DNA from: Mobula hypostoma
Lineage: Eukaryota
Reading direction: 5' to 3'
DNA length: 64,000 nt
NCBI RefSeq assembly: GCF_963921235.1
Contig: NC_086099.1
Coordinates: 131,936,001-132,000,000, forward strand
Below are positions 12,975 through 25,224 of this stretch, piece by piece. Both the position numbers and the translations under genes were made by a program. How positions within the stretch are numbered: position 1 is the first letter of the stretch; every line of letters begins with the position of its first letter. Below the pieces are notes generated by a model. It was not told the DNA's origin, searched no databases, and was given only the letters and a program-made list of their open reading frames with translations.

Positions 12975-13595
12975 AGGCCTCCACTTTGCACTCCACATTA
13001 GAAAGCCAGCGATGTAGACGTATGGCAAAGGACATCCATAGGTGGATGTCGGGCTGGCAAGTGCTGTGGACAGAGAACAGCGAGGACGAGGGCTGGTCAG
13101 TGAGACCCCCTGGTTGGTGGGTCCAGGGATGAGTGGTCCAGGCGGGCAGAAGGCATAAGGGACGTAACCACCTAGGTGTGCAAGTGGGCGAGTCAGGTGT
13201 TTGAGGTCTGGAGTTTTGGGTCCTTGGGCTCATTAAAATTGAAGACGAAGGTTGATCAGAAGTCCGGAAGTTGATGGCCAAAGCCTTGTGTCCACAGGTC
13301 CACTGGGGAAGTCAGAGGCCCGATGACTACAAGTCTGCTGGAGGCAGCCTGTCCTCGTGTTGAAGGACAGTCTGTGTGCATCAGTGGGCAGGAGGAAGGA
13401 AAGGGGCTTGTTTTGTTGTTTAATTGTTGTGTGTGTTGTTTTGCTGAAAATTGTGGGCTTGCTATGTTGGTGCCAGAATGTGTGATGGCACTTGCAGACT
13501 GCTGCCAGCACATCCTTGGGTTGTATTGCGAATGCAAACAACACACCTCACTGTATGTTTTGATGTATAGTACAAGTGATAAATCTGAATCTTGA
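12975..13595 (+). mobile_element. SINE-like / non-autonomous retroelement with Rex1-type 3' tail
   Basis: GC-richer block ending in gtgataaatctgaatctt, similar to the Rex1-type tails elsewhere in the window. The family is uncertain. Confidence 0.4.
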
Positions 13596-14074
13596 TCGTT
13601 ATAAATGGAACTAGTTAAGAGGAGACATGGCAGACAGCAAATGCGGATGCTCCCAACACAATCATGGTGCACATTTTGTAATGCATATTTTGGAAATCAA
13701 ACAAAATAATTTTAGGCAGTATTAGTGTTTTCCTTCCATTGCTAGTATTAGTACTTTAACTAAATTTTGGCTTGGAGAGAAACAAGTGATGCAGAACATT
13801 AAAGCTTTGAAACATTACTGTAGCAGTTCTAATGTGTATGAGTTTTTTGAGTAAAGGCGTTTGAAATGTGTATCAAAATACTTGTTCTTTTAATTGTATT
13901 GTGCACTTACCTCTTTGCTGGGACAAAAACAAAAGTCATAATTGGTGTTGTTATGATTCTCAGTTTCAAGTTTAATTATCATTCAACCATGCATAAATAC
14001 CCATGAATACAGCCAGGTGAAACAGTGTTACTCCACGGACAAGGAGCAAAACACAGTACCAACACAAGGCACAT

Positions 14075-14715
14075 GTTTATTATGATTATGAGGACATGCA
14101 GTCCCCTTTTATTGTCATTTAGTAATGAATGCATTAAGAAATGATAAAAATGTTTTTCCAGAATGATATCACGAAAACACATGTCAAACCAACTTAAAAA
14201 CTAACAAAAACCACATAATTATGACATATAGTTACAACAGTGCAAAACAATACCGTAATTTGATAAGAACAGACCATGGCACAGTAGAAGTCTCAGAGTC
14301 TCTCAAAGTCCCATCATCTCACGCAGACGGTAAACCTCCAGCGCCGCCAACTTGCCGATGCAGCATCCCGGAAGCATCCGACCACAGTTCGACTCCGAGT
14401 CCGTCCGAAAAACTCCAAGCATCCGACCACCTCCTGACACCAATGCACAGAGCACCATCTCTGCCGAGCGTTTCGACCCCGGCCCCGGCAACAGGCGATA
14501 CACAAAGCCGAGGATTTGGGGCCTACGTCTCCGGAGATTCTCGATCACGCAGTAGCAGTGGCAGCGAAGCAGGCATTTCAGAAGTTGCTCCAGATGTTCC
14601 TCTGCGCTTTCACGGCTGTCCCCATCAAATCCGGATTGATGCACGTTCATTCGGAACGTTCATTCGGGATGGCCGTGCGCGCTGCGTCGCGCCACCGTCT
14701 TCTCCTTCCTCCCAC
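14075..14715 (-). mobile_element. CpG-rich, apparently young non-autonomous retroelement nested in an older repeat
   Basis: The minus-strand 3' end reads aatgacaataaaag followed by a short cataatcataata tail. The body (14330-14700) is CpG-dense in an otherwise CpG-poor region. Confidence 0.5.
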
Positions 14716-15109
14716 ATATAGCACAATAAGATGTCGGTAAAATGCAGTCACACATAAACAAAATTGAAATCCCAAGTCCTTGAGTCCATAAATGTTGCAA
14801 CAGTCTACAGCCAGAGAGAGCAGCATTGACTCCAGCATGCCGGTGGAATGCACCAACTCTGCCTCAGGCTCTCCTGGGCAGCTGTAAACAGGCGACACCA
14901 AGGCTTGAGGCCTAGTCCTCACGACTACTACAGATCCCCTGCCGTCTGCCAATCTCCTCGAGCTTTAAAGAAAGCAACCTCAATTCTTTGATTTCTCCCC
15001 ATAATGGAGGCCCTGATTGATTGTAAATAGGAAATTTACTCAGATGAAAACTTTTCCAAGATCACTTTCTCCTTCCTAAATTGTGATGCAAAGAATGGTC
15101 CCACTGAAC

Positions 15110-15718
15110 CAGACATCCCACCTCTCTTGGAACTTCCGGGAGTCTCCCGCATATGAATAGTGGCTCCCTGATGCCCACAAATTATATACAATATCACAGA
15201 AATCAATTTTTTTGAGAGCGAGCGAGAGAAAAGCAAGAGAGTGCGAGAGCGACCACGAGAGAGAGCGCACGCGAGAGAAAGCAAGCGAGAGCATGTGAGT
15301 GAGAGCGAGCGAGAGAAAGCGAGCAAGAGCGAGAGGGAGAGAAAGCGAGCGAGAAGGCAGGCGAGAGCGCGCCATGGCAGAGTGTTCCAAAAAAAAAATA
15401 AAACGTACATCACTCGGACCCCAGACTACACTAAAGTGTACCCCTGCCTAATAGGGGTCAAAATAATGACAGTGTTGCTCGCTGCACTGTTTGCAACAGT
15501 GACTTTTCTATTGCCCATGGTGTGTTAAGACTGTAAAAGACAAGTTGAGGTGAATTTAACAGGTGTCATTCGTTCATTAGCATAGCTAACATTATTTAAA
15601 CTAGCTGGCCAGCTGCTAAGGAGCTACTCTATTGCAGACATCCCACCTCTCCCGGAAGTCTCCCGCAAATTGATGGTGCTACCTCCCTGAGATGAGTGTT
15701 TGCAGGGTGGGATGTCTG
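15110..15718. mobile_element. Non-autonomous DNA transposon (hAT-like MITE) with internal GA/GAGC microsatellite
   Basis: 13-bp TIRs CAGACATCCCACC / GGTGGGATGTCTG. CTGAAC flanks both sides (15104-15109, 15719-15724). A second left-end copy sits at 15635 and a GA-rich repeat at about 15213-15370. Confidence 0.75.
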
Positions 15719-17540
15719 CTGAACTAAATGACTGATTGACTTAGTTTAGCAGGACAGCTATGTTATTTTATTCAATTTCCTATACTTAATTGTGTATCTT
15801 TTTGAAGTGCTTTATCATCTTGCTACAGTAATTTTGAAAATCTTTAAATGTGCAGTATGTGATTGCTCTGTTCCCCACTTTGATCAAAATAATGTCATGT
15901 AAATTTTGAATACATTTGAAACAGAAGGTCAGGCAGCACCTGTGGAAACAGAATCAATAGTTAATTTCAGGATCAAGACAGTTTGTCTTCAGCCTGAAAT
16001 ATAAACTGATCACCTGTTTCCCTGAAATACCCAGCAGTTCAGTGCAGTATTCATGAAGCTAAAATTTACTGGGAAATATAGGCACTTAGTGCCATCTGTA
16101 ATTATTTCTCTGCACAACTACACTCAAGAACAGAATTTTCATGTAAATATTGCCGCCGCCTTTTCAATGAGTGTGCTGTGTTCCGTAGATTCTGTATGAA
16201 GTTTAACTACATAATCCATTTGCTGCAATAGCTTTTTTTTAGTGTACTGAACCTCTGCTACTTTATATCAGGCTTAGCATCAGAAAAGTTTATCAGTTCC
16301 ATACTTCTGAATATCCGGGAATGAGGCCATGGCTTAAAGGTTCTGCCGGAGATTATTGAGTGTTTTATGGCCAGGACTTGTGTGCATGTGTGTGCTGGAC
16401 ATGTGATACCATCAGATCGCTCCAAGTCCCACCTCTCAGGAACTTGTACCTATAGATGGGGAAGGAATTGATCTATAAGACAGCTACACATGTTAGAATC
16501 TGATGTCTGTGGTTTGCCATACAGAAAGTTATGGCTTGTAACATCTGCAAAATTTGAATGAATTTTTGTTTGTCTTGGGTTATTCATAGACTTTTTTAAA
16601 AATGTGATCTTCATACCATGCCAGTGGCAATCTTTCTGCATATTTATCCCCATTTAAAAAGTTATATAGTTTACCCCAAATATCTGCTAAATATATAGCA
16701 ATTATTTAGTTTTAAGATTCCTTTCTGTAACCAGCCGTTAGTCTCTGCATGGAGCAAAATGTTTGGAGACTATGAAGTGACAATATATAAAAGTAAAAAT
16801 ATTAGTCATGATTTTTCTTTGTAATTTGAGTATTTAATGGTAAATTAGAACTAGTAAAAATCATTGGATGAATATGATTAAAAGTGCAGAAAAGTGGTAG
16901 CATAAGTTTTGCTTGAGTGTTTAATCTAGTTGAATTTTCTTTTATTTATGAGAATATATCAACTGTAAGGATTTCTGATGAGCTGAACAACTCTGAGTAT
17001 TACAATTTTTGGCTTGTTATTCAAAAGTAAGCCATAACACCACAGGCTGAAAGGCTTAGTGGAAAAATACCATTGTTATTTTGCAGCTGGCTAACAGGAG
17101 GTCCAAGATAACACAGCAGAAGGTTCTAAAGTGCAACTGTACATAATTTTAATAATCTAGCAGACCCTTCTCCAGGAACACTTCTATACTTGTAGAGAGA
17201 AAATGCATTTCAACATCCAAGTGAATCTTTAACGGTTTCAAATGCCCTTGTACTTAAATTGCATGATTGTTTGATTACTCAACTGTTGAATTGAACGGGT
17301 GCAGACTCTTTTAAATTTCTGCTCCTTGGGCTTAAAAACAACATGAGTAGACAATGCTATCAGCTATATCTTTGTGCATTGTGTTGCACATTGACCAGTT
17401 AGTCAGAGCAAACAGGCTTCCAATGTCTTGCATGCATGGAACTTGGAATGTGTTTTATGTCTAGGAAATGGATAAATGGTCAGTGAAGGTGGGGCGGGGG
17501 GGGCGGGGGGAGATAAAAAGGTAAAGCATATTGAGCAAAG

Positions 17541-18560
17541 TCAGAATCAGGTTTATTATCACTGACCTATGTTCTGAAATTTATTGTTTTGCGGCAGGTA
17601 ATATAGTGCAATACTTAAAACTATTGTGTTACAGTAAAAATAGTGCAAAAGAGGAATAGTGATGTAGTGTTCATGAATTCATGGATTGTTCAGAAATCTA
17701 ATGGTGGGAGTGGGTGGCGGGGTGGTGGGGCTGAGGCTGTTCCAAAAATATTGAGTGTTCATCTTTAGGCTCCTGTAACTCCTCCTTAATGGTACTAAGA
17801 TGAAGAGAACATGTCTCAGATGGTGAGGGTCCTGAATGATGGACGTTACTTCTTGAGGCACTGCCTTTTGGAGATATCCTGGGTATGGGGAGGCTTGTGC
17901 CCATTATGTAACTAGCTGAGACTAAAACCCTCTACAGCAGGGGTTTCCATCCTTTATTATGCCTTTGACCATTACCATTAAGCAAGGGGTCCGTGGACCC
18001 CAGGATAGGAACCTCTGCTCTACGGCCTCTTCCGATTTCTGTGCGTGGAAGCTACCACACCAGGTGGTGATGTAACTGAGTTAGAATGCTCTCCGTGGTA
18101 CGTCTGTAGAAATTTGTTGGAGTCTTTGACATACCAAATCTCCTCAAATACATAATGAAGTATAGTCACTAACATGCCTTCTGGATTGCATCATTCTGCT
18201 TGATCCAGGATTGATCCTCTCAGATGTTGACACCAAGGAACTTAAAGCTGCTCGCCCTTTTCACTACTGACTCCTCAATGAGGACTGCTGTGTGTTTTCA
18301 TGACTTTCTCTTTCTGAAGCCCACAATCAGTCTTTCGGTCTTGATGGCATTGAATACAAGGCTATTACTGCAATGCCACCCACACAGCCGATCTATGTCA
18401 CTCCTGTACACTTCCAGATCACCATCTGAGATTCGGCCAGCCACAGTTGTGTCATTGCTGAATTTATAGATGGCATTTGGGCTATGTCTAGCCGCACAGC
18501 CATGAGTATAGAGAGTTGAGCAGTGGGCCAACTATACATCCTTGAGTTGTACGTGTATTG
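17541..18560 (-). mobile_element. Rex1/Babar-like LINE 3' part
   Basis: RT remnant YKFSNDTTVAGRIS...KTERLIVGFRK. The tail tcagaatcaggtttattatcactgac at 17541 is the reverse complement of a Rex1-type end. Confidence 0.75.
17938..18017. mobile_element. 80-bp hAT-Charlie-like MITE
   Basis: Termini CAGGGGTTTCC / GGAACCTCTG. 8-bp TSD CTCTACAG (17930-17937) / CTCTACGG (18018-18025). Confidence 0.75.
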
Positions 18561-18778
18561 AATGAGGAACTTAATGTTTTTAACTGGCAGGAAGAATATG
18601 TGAGAAAGGTGGTGTATGAAACAAAAATTATGGTGGTTAGACCAGAAAAGTTGCAGCTAGATAAGAAGTGTTAGAGATCAGGCAAATGTTGAGTTTAAAA
18701 GGATAGGAGAAATCAGAAACATACATCAAAGTTGCTGGTGAACGCAGCAGGCCAGGCAGCATCTATAGGAAGAGGCGC

Positions 18779-18814
18779 AGTCGACGTTTCAGGCCGAGAC
18801 CCTTCGTCAGGACT
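18779..18814 (-). ncRNA. Minimal hammerhead ribozyme motif (inverted copy)
   Basis: Exact reverse complement of 18843-18878. Confidence 0.82.
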
Positions 18815-18842
18815 AACTGAAGGAAGAGTGAGTCCTTCAGTT

Positions 18843-18878
18843 AGTCCTGACGAAGGGTCTCGGCCTGAAACGTCGACT
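18843..18878 (+). ncRNA. Minimal hammerhead ribozyme motif in a Penelope-like terminal repeat
   Basis: Helix I AGTC/GACT, core CTGACGA (18847-18853), helix II within AGGGTCTCGGCCT, GAAA, palindromic ACGT in place of helix III, and GTC cleavage triplet (after 18874). Confidence 0.82.
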
Positions 18879-20420
18879 GCGCCTCTTCCTATAGATGCTG
18901 CCTGGCCTGCTGCGTTCACCAGCAACTTTGATGTATGTTGCTTGAATTTCCAGCATCTGCAGAATTCCTGTTGTTTGCGGAGAAATCAGAATGCTGGAAT
19001 TGAATCCTGAGGCTACCAACTATGAACAAAGGTTACCGTGGAATTGTGTTGAAGCAGCATCATTCAAAAGCAAGACAAAAGATCAAGTGAACTCATTGCT
19101 TTACTTGGAACGACTGTTGGGTTCCCAGTATTAGAAGATTAGAAAATTGTTGACAAGAACATGCCCTTTGGCCCAACAAAGCTTGCCAAATTCCTATTCA
19201 CATAGTGTGTTGAAATAACTATCAAGTTTAAATTTGAAAGTCTTTAAGGTACTACTCTCAACAGCACAACTAGGTAGTTTGTTCCATGTGTCCACCCACA
19301 ACTTGCTGTGTAAAGAAATGCTTCCTGATGTCTGTCTGAAATCTCTCTTTAACCAGTCTCCACCTATGGCCCCAAGATCTTGTTGATGGATTTATTTTGA
19401 AGTAGCTGCTAGCATCCTCGTTACTTGTACCCCTAATGATTTTGAACACTTCTATCATGTCTCCTCTCATTTTATGTCTACTTGGGTTAAAAAGGTTTAA
19501 TCTTTCTTCATAGCTTGTACTCTGTAGACCTGGAATGACTCTAGTCTTCCTGCTCTGAACTCTCTCCAGTGCCTTTACATCCCTCATGAAATACGGAGAC
19601 CAAAGTTGTACACAGTATCAAGGTGTGTCCTCACAAGTGCATTATTCAGCTTGAGGAGAATGTCTGTAAACTTGAACTCCAGTGAGGGCATTATATGGTC
19701 CAACCATTCTATTGGTCTTCCTAATTGCTTGTTTGCATTGTTTAGATGTTGAAAGTGATGAGATTGCCGGGACACCTAAATCCTTCTCATACAGTGAACT
19801 GTCCAACTCAATACCCCCAATTGTATATTTATATCTAATATTTCTACTTCCCATATGTAATACTCTACATTTACTTTGAATTTCATCTGCCATTTATCTG
19901 CCCGAATCTGGATTTTGTTTAGATCTAACTGTATTGTTTCTGCTGCCTGAATGTTATCAGCCCATTCCCCCAATTTTGCAACCTTTACTGACTTATTTGT
20001 TATGAGTTTATCCAAATAATTAATGCAGATTAAAAACAGCAGCGGCCCTAGAACTGCGGAGCCCGACTTATAACATCTTCTAGGTGTGAAAATGATCCTC
20101 TCACCATAACTGGTTTTCTGTTTTTGAGCCGAATCTGCACCATTTGTACTCCTTATCCGGAATCCCTACCTCCTGTAATTTGATTATTAAACTCTTGTAG
20201 GATTCCTTGTCAAAAGCCTTTTGAAAGTCCAAGTAAATGATATCAACCGCTCTTACTGTTTTTATGCATTTTAGTTGCCTCCTCATGGAACTCTAGCATA
20301 TTGATAAAACATGATTTCCCCTTTCTGATCCCGTGCTGGCATTCTGCTAACATGCCTGTTCTTATCAACTGCTTTTCCATCTCATTCTTTATTAATGTTT
20401 CCATTATCTTACCTACAATA

Positions 20421-21970
20421 CAGGTTTCCCCTGCAATCCGAAGGTAGAGCGTTCCTGTGAAATGGTTCGTAAGCCGAAATGTCGTAAAGCGAAGAAGCAA
20501 TTACCATTTACTTATATGGGAAAATTTTGTGAGCGTTCGCAGACCCAGAAATAACCTACCAAATCATGCCAAATAACACATAAAACCTAAAATAACAGTA
20601 ACATATGGTAAAAGCAGGAATGATATGATAAATACACAGCCTATATAAAGTAGGAATACTTTTCCACAATCATTACTGAAGTGTTCTCCATAGCGAAAAT
20701 CTCACGCAAGCGCCATCGGCAGAAAATGTCACGCAAGCGCTCTCGGCAAAAACACTCTCTCCAGCAACCTTTAAGCTATGAAGCTGCCAAATCATACCAA
20801 ATAACATGTAAAAATACACAGCCAGTATAAAGTAGAAATAATGTATGTACAGTATAGTATCACTTATGGGAATCGGGACAGCGCCGAGCACACTGATGAC
20901 GGTGTGTTAGACAAAGTTGTTGGAGTTTGGGTGGTGCAGTAGCCCCTCACCCTCCAGGCCGTTGAGCGATACATTGCTGCGAAGAACGCAGGGGTCCAGC
21001 GGTAGCTGGGAGGAACACAGCACATCTTTAAGAAAAAAGCCAAAACAAACATGCTAATTAATTAGGTGCCGCCCGTAATTGTCGGCCCAGATCAGTGCCA
21101 ATATCTGATTGCGTCGTCTATGATCTGGGCCGACAATTACGTGTCAGCGGCACCTAATTAATTAGCATGTTTATTTCGGCTTTTTTCTTAAAGATGTGCT
21201 GTGTGCCTCCCAGCTACTTTTGCATTCTCCGTGAATCGGTATCTGTCCGTGGCCTGGGGGTTGGGGTGGTGGGACACTGGGGTGTCATCTCGTTGCCTGT
21301 TTCCATTAGAACAGGCAACTCATCTCCTATGACTGCCCGCCTCGATGTCGAAGGTCGAGGTTTGTCGTCTGCTGTGGCTGATATGGAAGGCTTGCTTGAC
21401 TGCTGAGCCTCGCGTATTTTTCTATCACACAGTTCTTTAATAAGGACTCAGACCCACCTGTAAATATCTCCTAAACCGACGTACCCTTTCAAAATTAAAG
21501 TCGTACTTTATCATTACTCATTTGGTTTCGATTGTTAGCCTTTTTTCTTCCAATTGCATCAGCTCTTCATCTGTCAGTTCTTGGTGATGGGATGCCAAAA
21601 CCTCTTCAACAACATCTTCGTCAACTTCCACAAGCCAGACTCACGTTGTCCTTACTTCGTTCACCACGATCAAATCGCTTAATTATGTCTAGTATTACCC
21701 TAAGTGTAACACCCTTATGAGCTCTTTCAGGCTTTTCCGATACCATAGAACTCATCTCGCAAACAGCTGCTCATAGGCTCGTGTTTAAGCAATGCCGGCG
21801 AGAATCCAGGGGAGAGCGTCTGCTCGGGGCACGTTGCCTTTTATCGTGTGCTGAATTTTTTTTTTCGTAACAGTGAAAACACCTTCTGAAAGCGAAAATA
21901 GGGTACTAATGTAGGTCTTTCGTAACAGTGAGGTTTCGTAAAGCGAACGTTCGAAAAGCGGGGGACACTG
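20421..21970. mobile_element. TcMar-Tigger-like non-autonomous DNA transposon
   Basis: TA on both sides (20419-20420, 21971-21972). Imperfect TIRs CAGGTTTCCCC.GC / GCGGGGGACACTG with subterminal cgtaaagcgaa motifs at both ends. It interrupts a CR1 ORF. Confidence 0.8.
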
Positions 21971-22151
21971 TACACATTAAGCTTACTGGTCTATAGTTAC
22001 CAGAGTCAGTGTGGCCACCCTTCTTGTATCCTGGGAAAATGCTAGCCCATTTCCAGTCCTTTGAGATTGCACCAGTCTTCACTGACTTTTGAAAAATACA
22101 AGTTATGAGTTTGTATATATAATCAGAGACCTTTTTGAAGAACCTTGGATA

Positions 22152-23261
22152 TATAGAAACATAGAAACATAGAAAATAGGTGCAGGAGTAGGCCATTCGG
22201 CCCTTCGAGCCTGCACCGCCATTTATTATGATCATGGCTGATCATCCAACTCAGAACCCCGCCCCAGCCTTCCCTCCATACCCCCTGACCCCTGTAGCCA
22301 CAAGGGCCATATCTAACTCCCTCTTAAACATAGCCAATGAACTGGCCTCAACAGTTTGCTGTGGCAGAGAATTCCACAGATTCACCACTCTCTGTGTGAA
22401 GAAGTTTTTCATAATCTCGGTCCTAAAAGGCTTCCCCTCTATCCTCAAACTGTGACCCCTCGTTCTGGACTTCCCCAACATCGGGAACAATCTTCCTGCA
22501 TCTAGCCTGTCCAATCCCTTTAGGATCTTATACGTTTCAATCAGATCCCCCCTCAATCTTCTAAATTCCAACGAGTACAAGCCCAGTTCATCCAGTCTTT
22601 CTTCATATGAAAGTCCTGCCATCCCAGGAATCAATCTGGTGAACCTTCTTTGTACTCCCTCTATGGCAAAGATGTCTTTCCGCAGATTAGGGGACCAAAA
22701 CTGCACACAATACTCCAGGTGTGGTCTCACCAAGGCCTTGTACAACTGCAGTAGTACCTCCCTGCTCCTGTACTCGAATCCTCTCGCTATAAATGCCAGC
22801 ATACCATTCGCCTTTTTCACCGCCTGCTGTACCTGCATGCCCACTTTCAATGACTGGTGTATAATGACACCCAGGTCTCGTTGCACCTCCCCTTTTCCTA
22901 ATCGGCCACCATTCAGATAATAATCTGTTTTCCTATTTTTGCCACCAAAGTGGATAACTTCACATTTATCCACATTAAATTGCATCTGCCATGAGTTTGC
23001 CCACTCACCCAACCTATCCAAGTCACCCTGCATCCTCTTAGCATCCTCCTCACTGCTAACACTGCCACCCAGCTTCGTGTCATCCGCAAACTTGGAGATG
23101 CTGCATTTAATTCCCTCATCCAAGTCATTAATATATATTGTAAACAACTGGGGTCCCAGCACTGAGCCTTGCGGTACCCCACTAGTCACTGCCTGCCATT
23201 CTGAAAAGGTCCCGTTTATTCCCACTCTTTGCTTCCTGTCTGCTAACCAATTCTCCACCCA
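22152..23261 (-). mobile_element. Young 5'-truncated CR1 LINE (open RT C-terminal half and 3' UTR)
   Basis: Uninterrupted WVENWL...[13 protein letters not shown]...KFADDTK...VRPHLEYC...RGDLIE frame ending at 22251, then a (TTTCTATG)n tail. Confidence 0.93.
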
Positions 23262-23602
23262 AATGTTGTGTGGCCCTGGAGATTTATTAACTTTTAGCCT
23301 TTTCAGCTGAAGCAGAACCTCACTCACTATGGTTGGAAATGAATGTTCTGAACCATGTCATCTTTGAATTAAATAGAAGCATTGAAACAAAGTTCTGGAA
23401 ACAGCCTTTGAGGGTCTGAGGCAGAAGACTAAAATTTTGGCAAGATTGACGAAAAATTGGTTTTGGTTATAGTGATATGAAACTGAAGAAGATCACAGTG
23501 CATTCACAATATGATGCCAGTACCACAGAAGTATTTTTAAAGACGTGGTGCATAATGGCAAAATCTAAATTCTAATATTTCCATTCATGGAGGAGAACAG
23601 CT

Positions 23603-24315
23603 TAGAAACATAGAAAACCTACAGCACAATACAGGCCCTTCAGCCCACAAAGTTATGCCGAACATGTCCCTACCTTAGAAATTACTAGGCTTACCTACAG
23701 CCCTCTATTTTTAGAAGCTCCATGTACCTATCTAAAAGTCTCTTAAAAGACCCTATCATATCCGCCTCCACCACCGTTGCCAGTAGCCCATTCCACGCGC
23801 TCACCTCTCTGAGTAAAAAAAATTACCCCTGACGTCTCCTCTGTACCTACTCCCCAGCACCTTAAACCTGTGAGCTCTTATGACAATCATTTCAGCCCTG
23901 GGGAAAAAGGCCTCTGACTATCCACATGATCAATGCCTCTCATCATCTTATACACCTCTATCAGGTCACCTCTCATCCTCCGTCGCTCCAAGGAGAAAAG
24001 GTCGAGTTCACTCAACCTATTCTCATAAGGCATGCTCCCTAATCCAGGCAATATCCTTGTAAATCTCCTCTGCACACTTTCTATGGCTTCCACATCCTAT
24101 CTGTAGTGAGGCGACCAGAACTGAGCACAGTACTCCAGGTGGGGTCTGACCAGGATCCTATTGATGAAAGCCAATACACCATACGCTGCCTTAACCACAG
24201 AGTCAACCTGTGCAGCTGCTTTGAGAGTCCTATGGATTCGGACCCCAAGATCCCTCTGATCCTCCATGCTGCCAAGAGTGTCACCATTAATACTATATTC
24301 TGCCATCATATTTGA
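23603..24315 (-). mobile_element. CR1 LINE 3' fragment
   Basis: LVRPHLEYCAQFWSPHY and RRRMRGDLIEVYK motifs, with a tagaaacatagaaaacct tail. Confidence 0.88.
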
Positions 24316-25224
24316 CCATGCTTAAAGAAGAATCAAGTATGTGCAATTTACATGGGATTCAAAGTTGTACTGAAGAACACTGGGGAAAGAAAGGCTTCAG
24401 AGGTGATAAGCCAAAGGATTTTAACAAAAAAATGATGAGGGCAGGTTTTGAAGGGGAATCTGAGAGCACAGCTCAGGGAGAGGCACAAAGTAGAGTTCAG
24501 GATTTGCTTGAAAGGGGTCTTAATTATCTATATCTCATTTCTCTAAGCTTCCACCTTTCTTGAATCTCGGGCTCTTGTAGTCCTCATGCCCTTTACTTAA
24601 TTCTGTTCATCTTGTTACTTTATATACGTTATTGTGACCAAACTGGAATCAAGCATGAAAGGTAATTGCAGTGAGGGAAGTCAACTGCAAAAAGCCACAA
24701 ATATCTGAATGACGTTGCAAGTCTTTCCATGTATTTATTTCAACATCACGCATGCAGCCCTTATTTTTCCAATTAGTCACACTTACTGAAGCTTAAAGGT
24801 GAAATCAAGTGGCTTCAATGCTTGCACCAAAAAATAAGAAACAAACTACACAACAGATTGATGAAGAGAAGTGAACTAAGAGATTACCAGTATGGCTTTT
24901 TCTTGAACACAAGATATGCTAGTATTATTTGTTGATATTCAGTATAATGGACATCAATATGTGTTTCCATGCTGAGTTTTTTAAAATTTTATTCAAGTCC
25001 ATCCAAGCCATTAAACCTCTGCCACAATGATTCCTCTACTTTATATATCATTGAGGAAGCCCTGGTATTTAAGGAATGTTTCTCTTTAGTGCTTAGGAGG
25101 GCATTCATATTACAAAGGAGGGGATTTTGGCAGCCTTACAGTAAATTAAGGTGGATAATCTTCAAGCCTGACTGTGTGCATTTTTAGATTTTTGTGGGAG
25201 GGTAAAGAAGAAAGTGTAGGCCTT

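Larger units (their letters stand above)
18718..18978. mobile_element. Penelope-like inverted terminal-repeat insertion (107-bp perfect inverted repeat plus tail)
   Basis: Arms 18718-18824 and 18833-18939 with an 8-nt spacer, then a ~40-nt unpaired tail. TSD GGAGAAATCAGAA at 18706-18718 and 18979-18991. Confidence 0.9.
19140..23335 (-). mobile_element. Old CR1 LINE split into three pieces (about 19140-20420, 21971-22151, 23262-23335) by two later insertions
   Basis: The reading frame continues across the insertions: KSPGPHNI|YPR...NYRPVSLMC|IVGKIMETLIK...DIIYLDFQKAFDK...LERVQ...RKHFFTQ. Confidence 0.85.

Noticed and set aside
15036-15528. Arg/Glu- and Ser/Leu-rich ORFs
   Set aside because: Translations of a GA/GAGC microsatellite inside a MITE.
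17489-17511. GGGGCGGGG tandem GC boxes / G-quadruplex as a promoter
   Set aside because: An isolated G-run beside a LINE tail, with no CpG island or other support.
18713-19019. Repeated small ORFs 'MLVNAAGQAASIGRGAVDVSGRDPSSG' (also at 27537 and 62385) as a peptide family
   Set aside because: They are antisense translations of the PLE hammerhead repeat, with non-ATG starts and no coding evidence.
22251-23327. 358-aa RT ORF as a functional or domesticated gene
   Set aside because: It is a 5'-truncated CR1 lacking the endonuclease and N-terminal RT motifs, fused by chance to an older CR1 piece.
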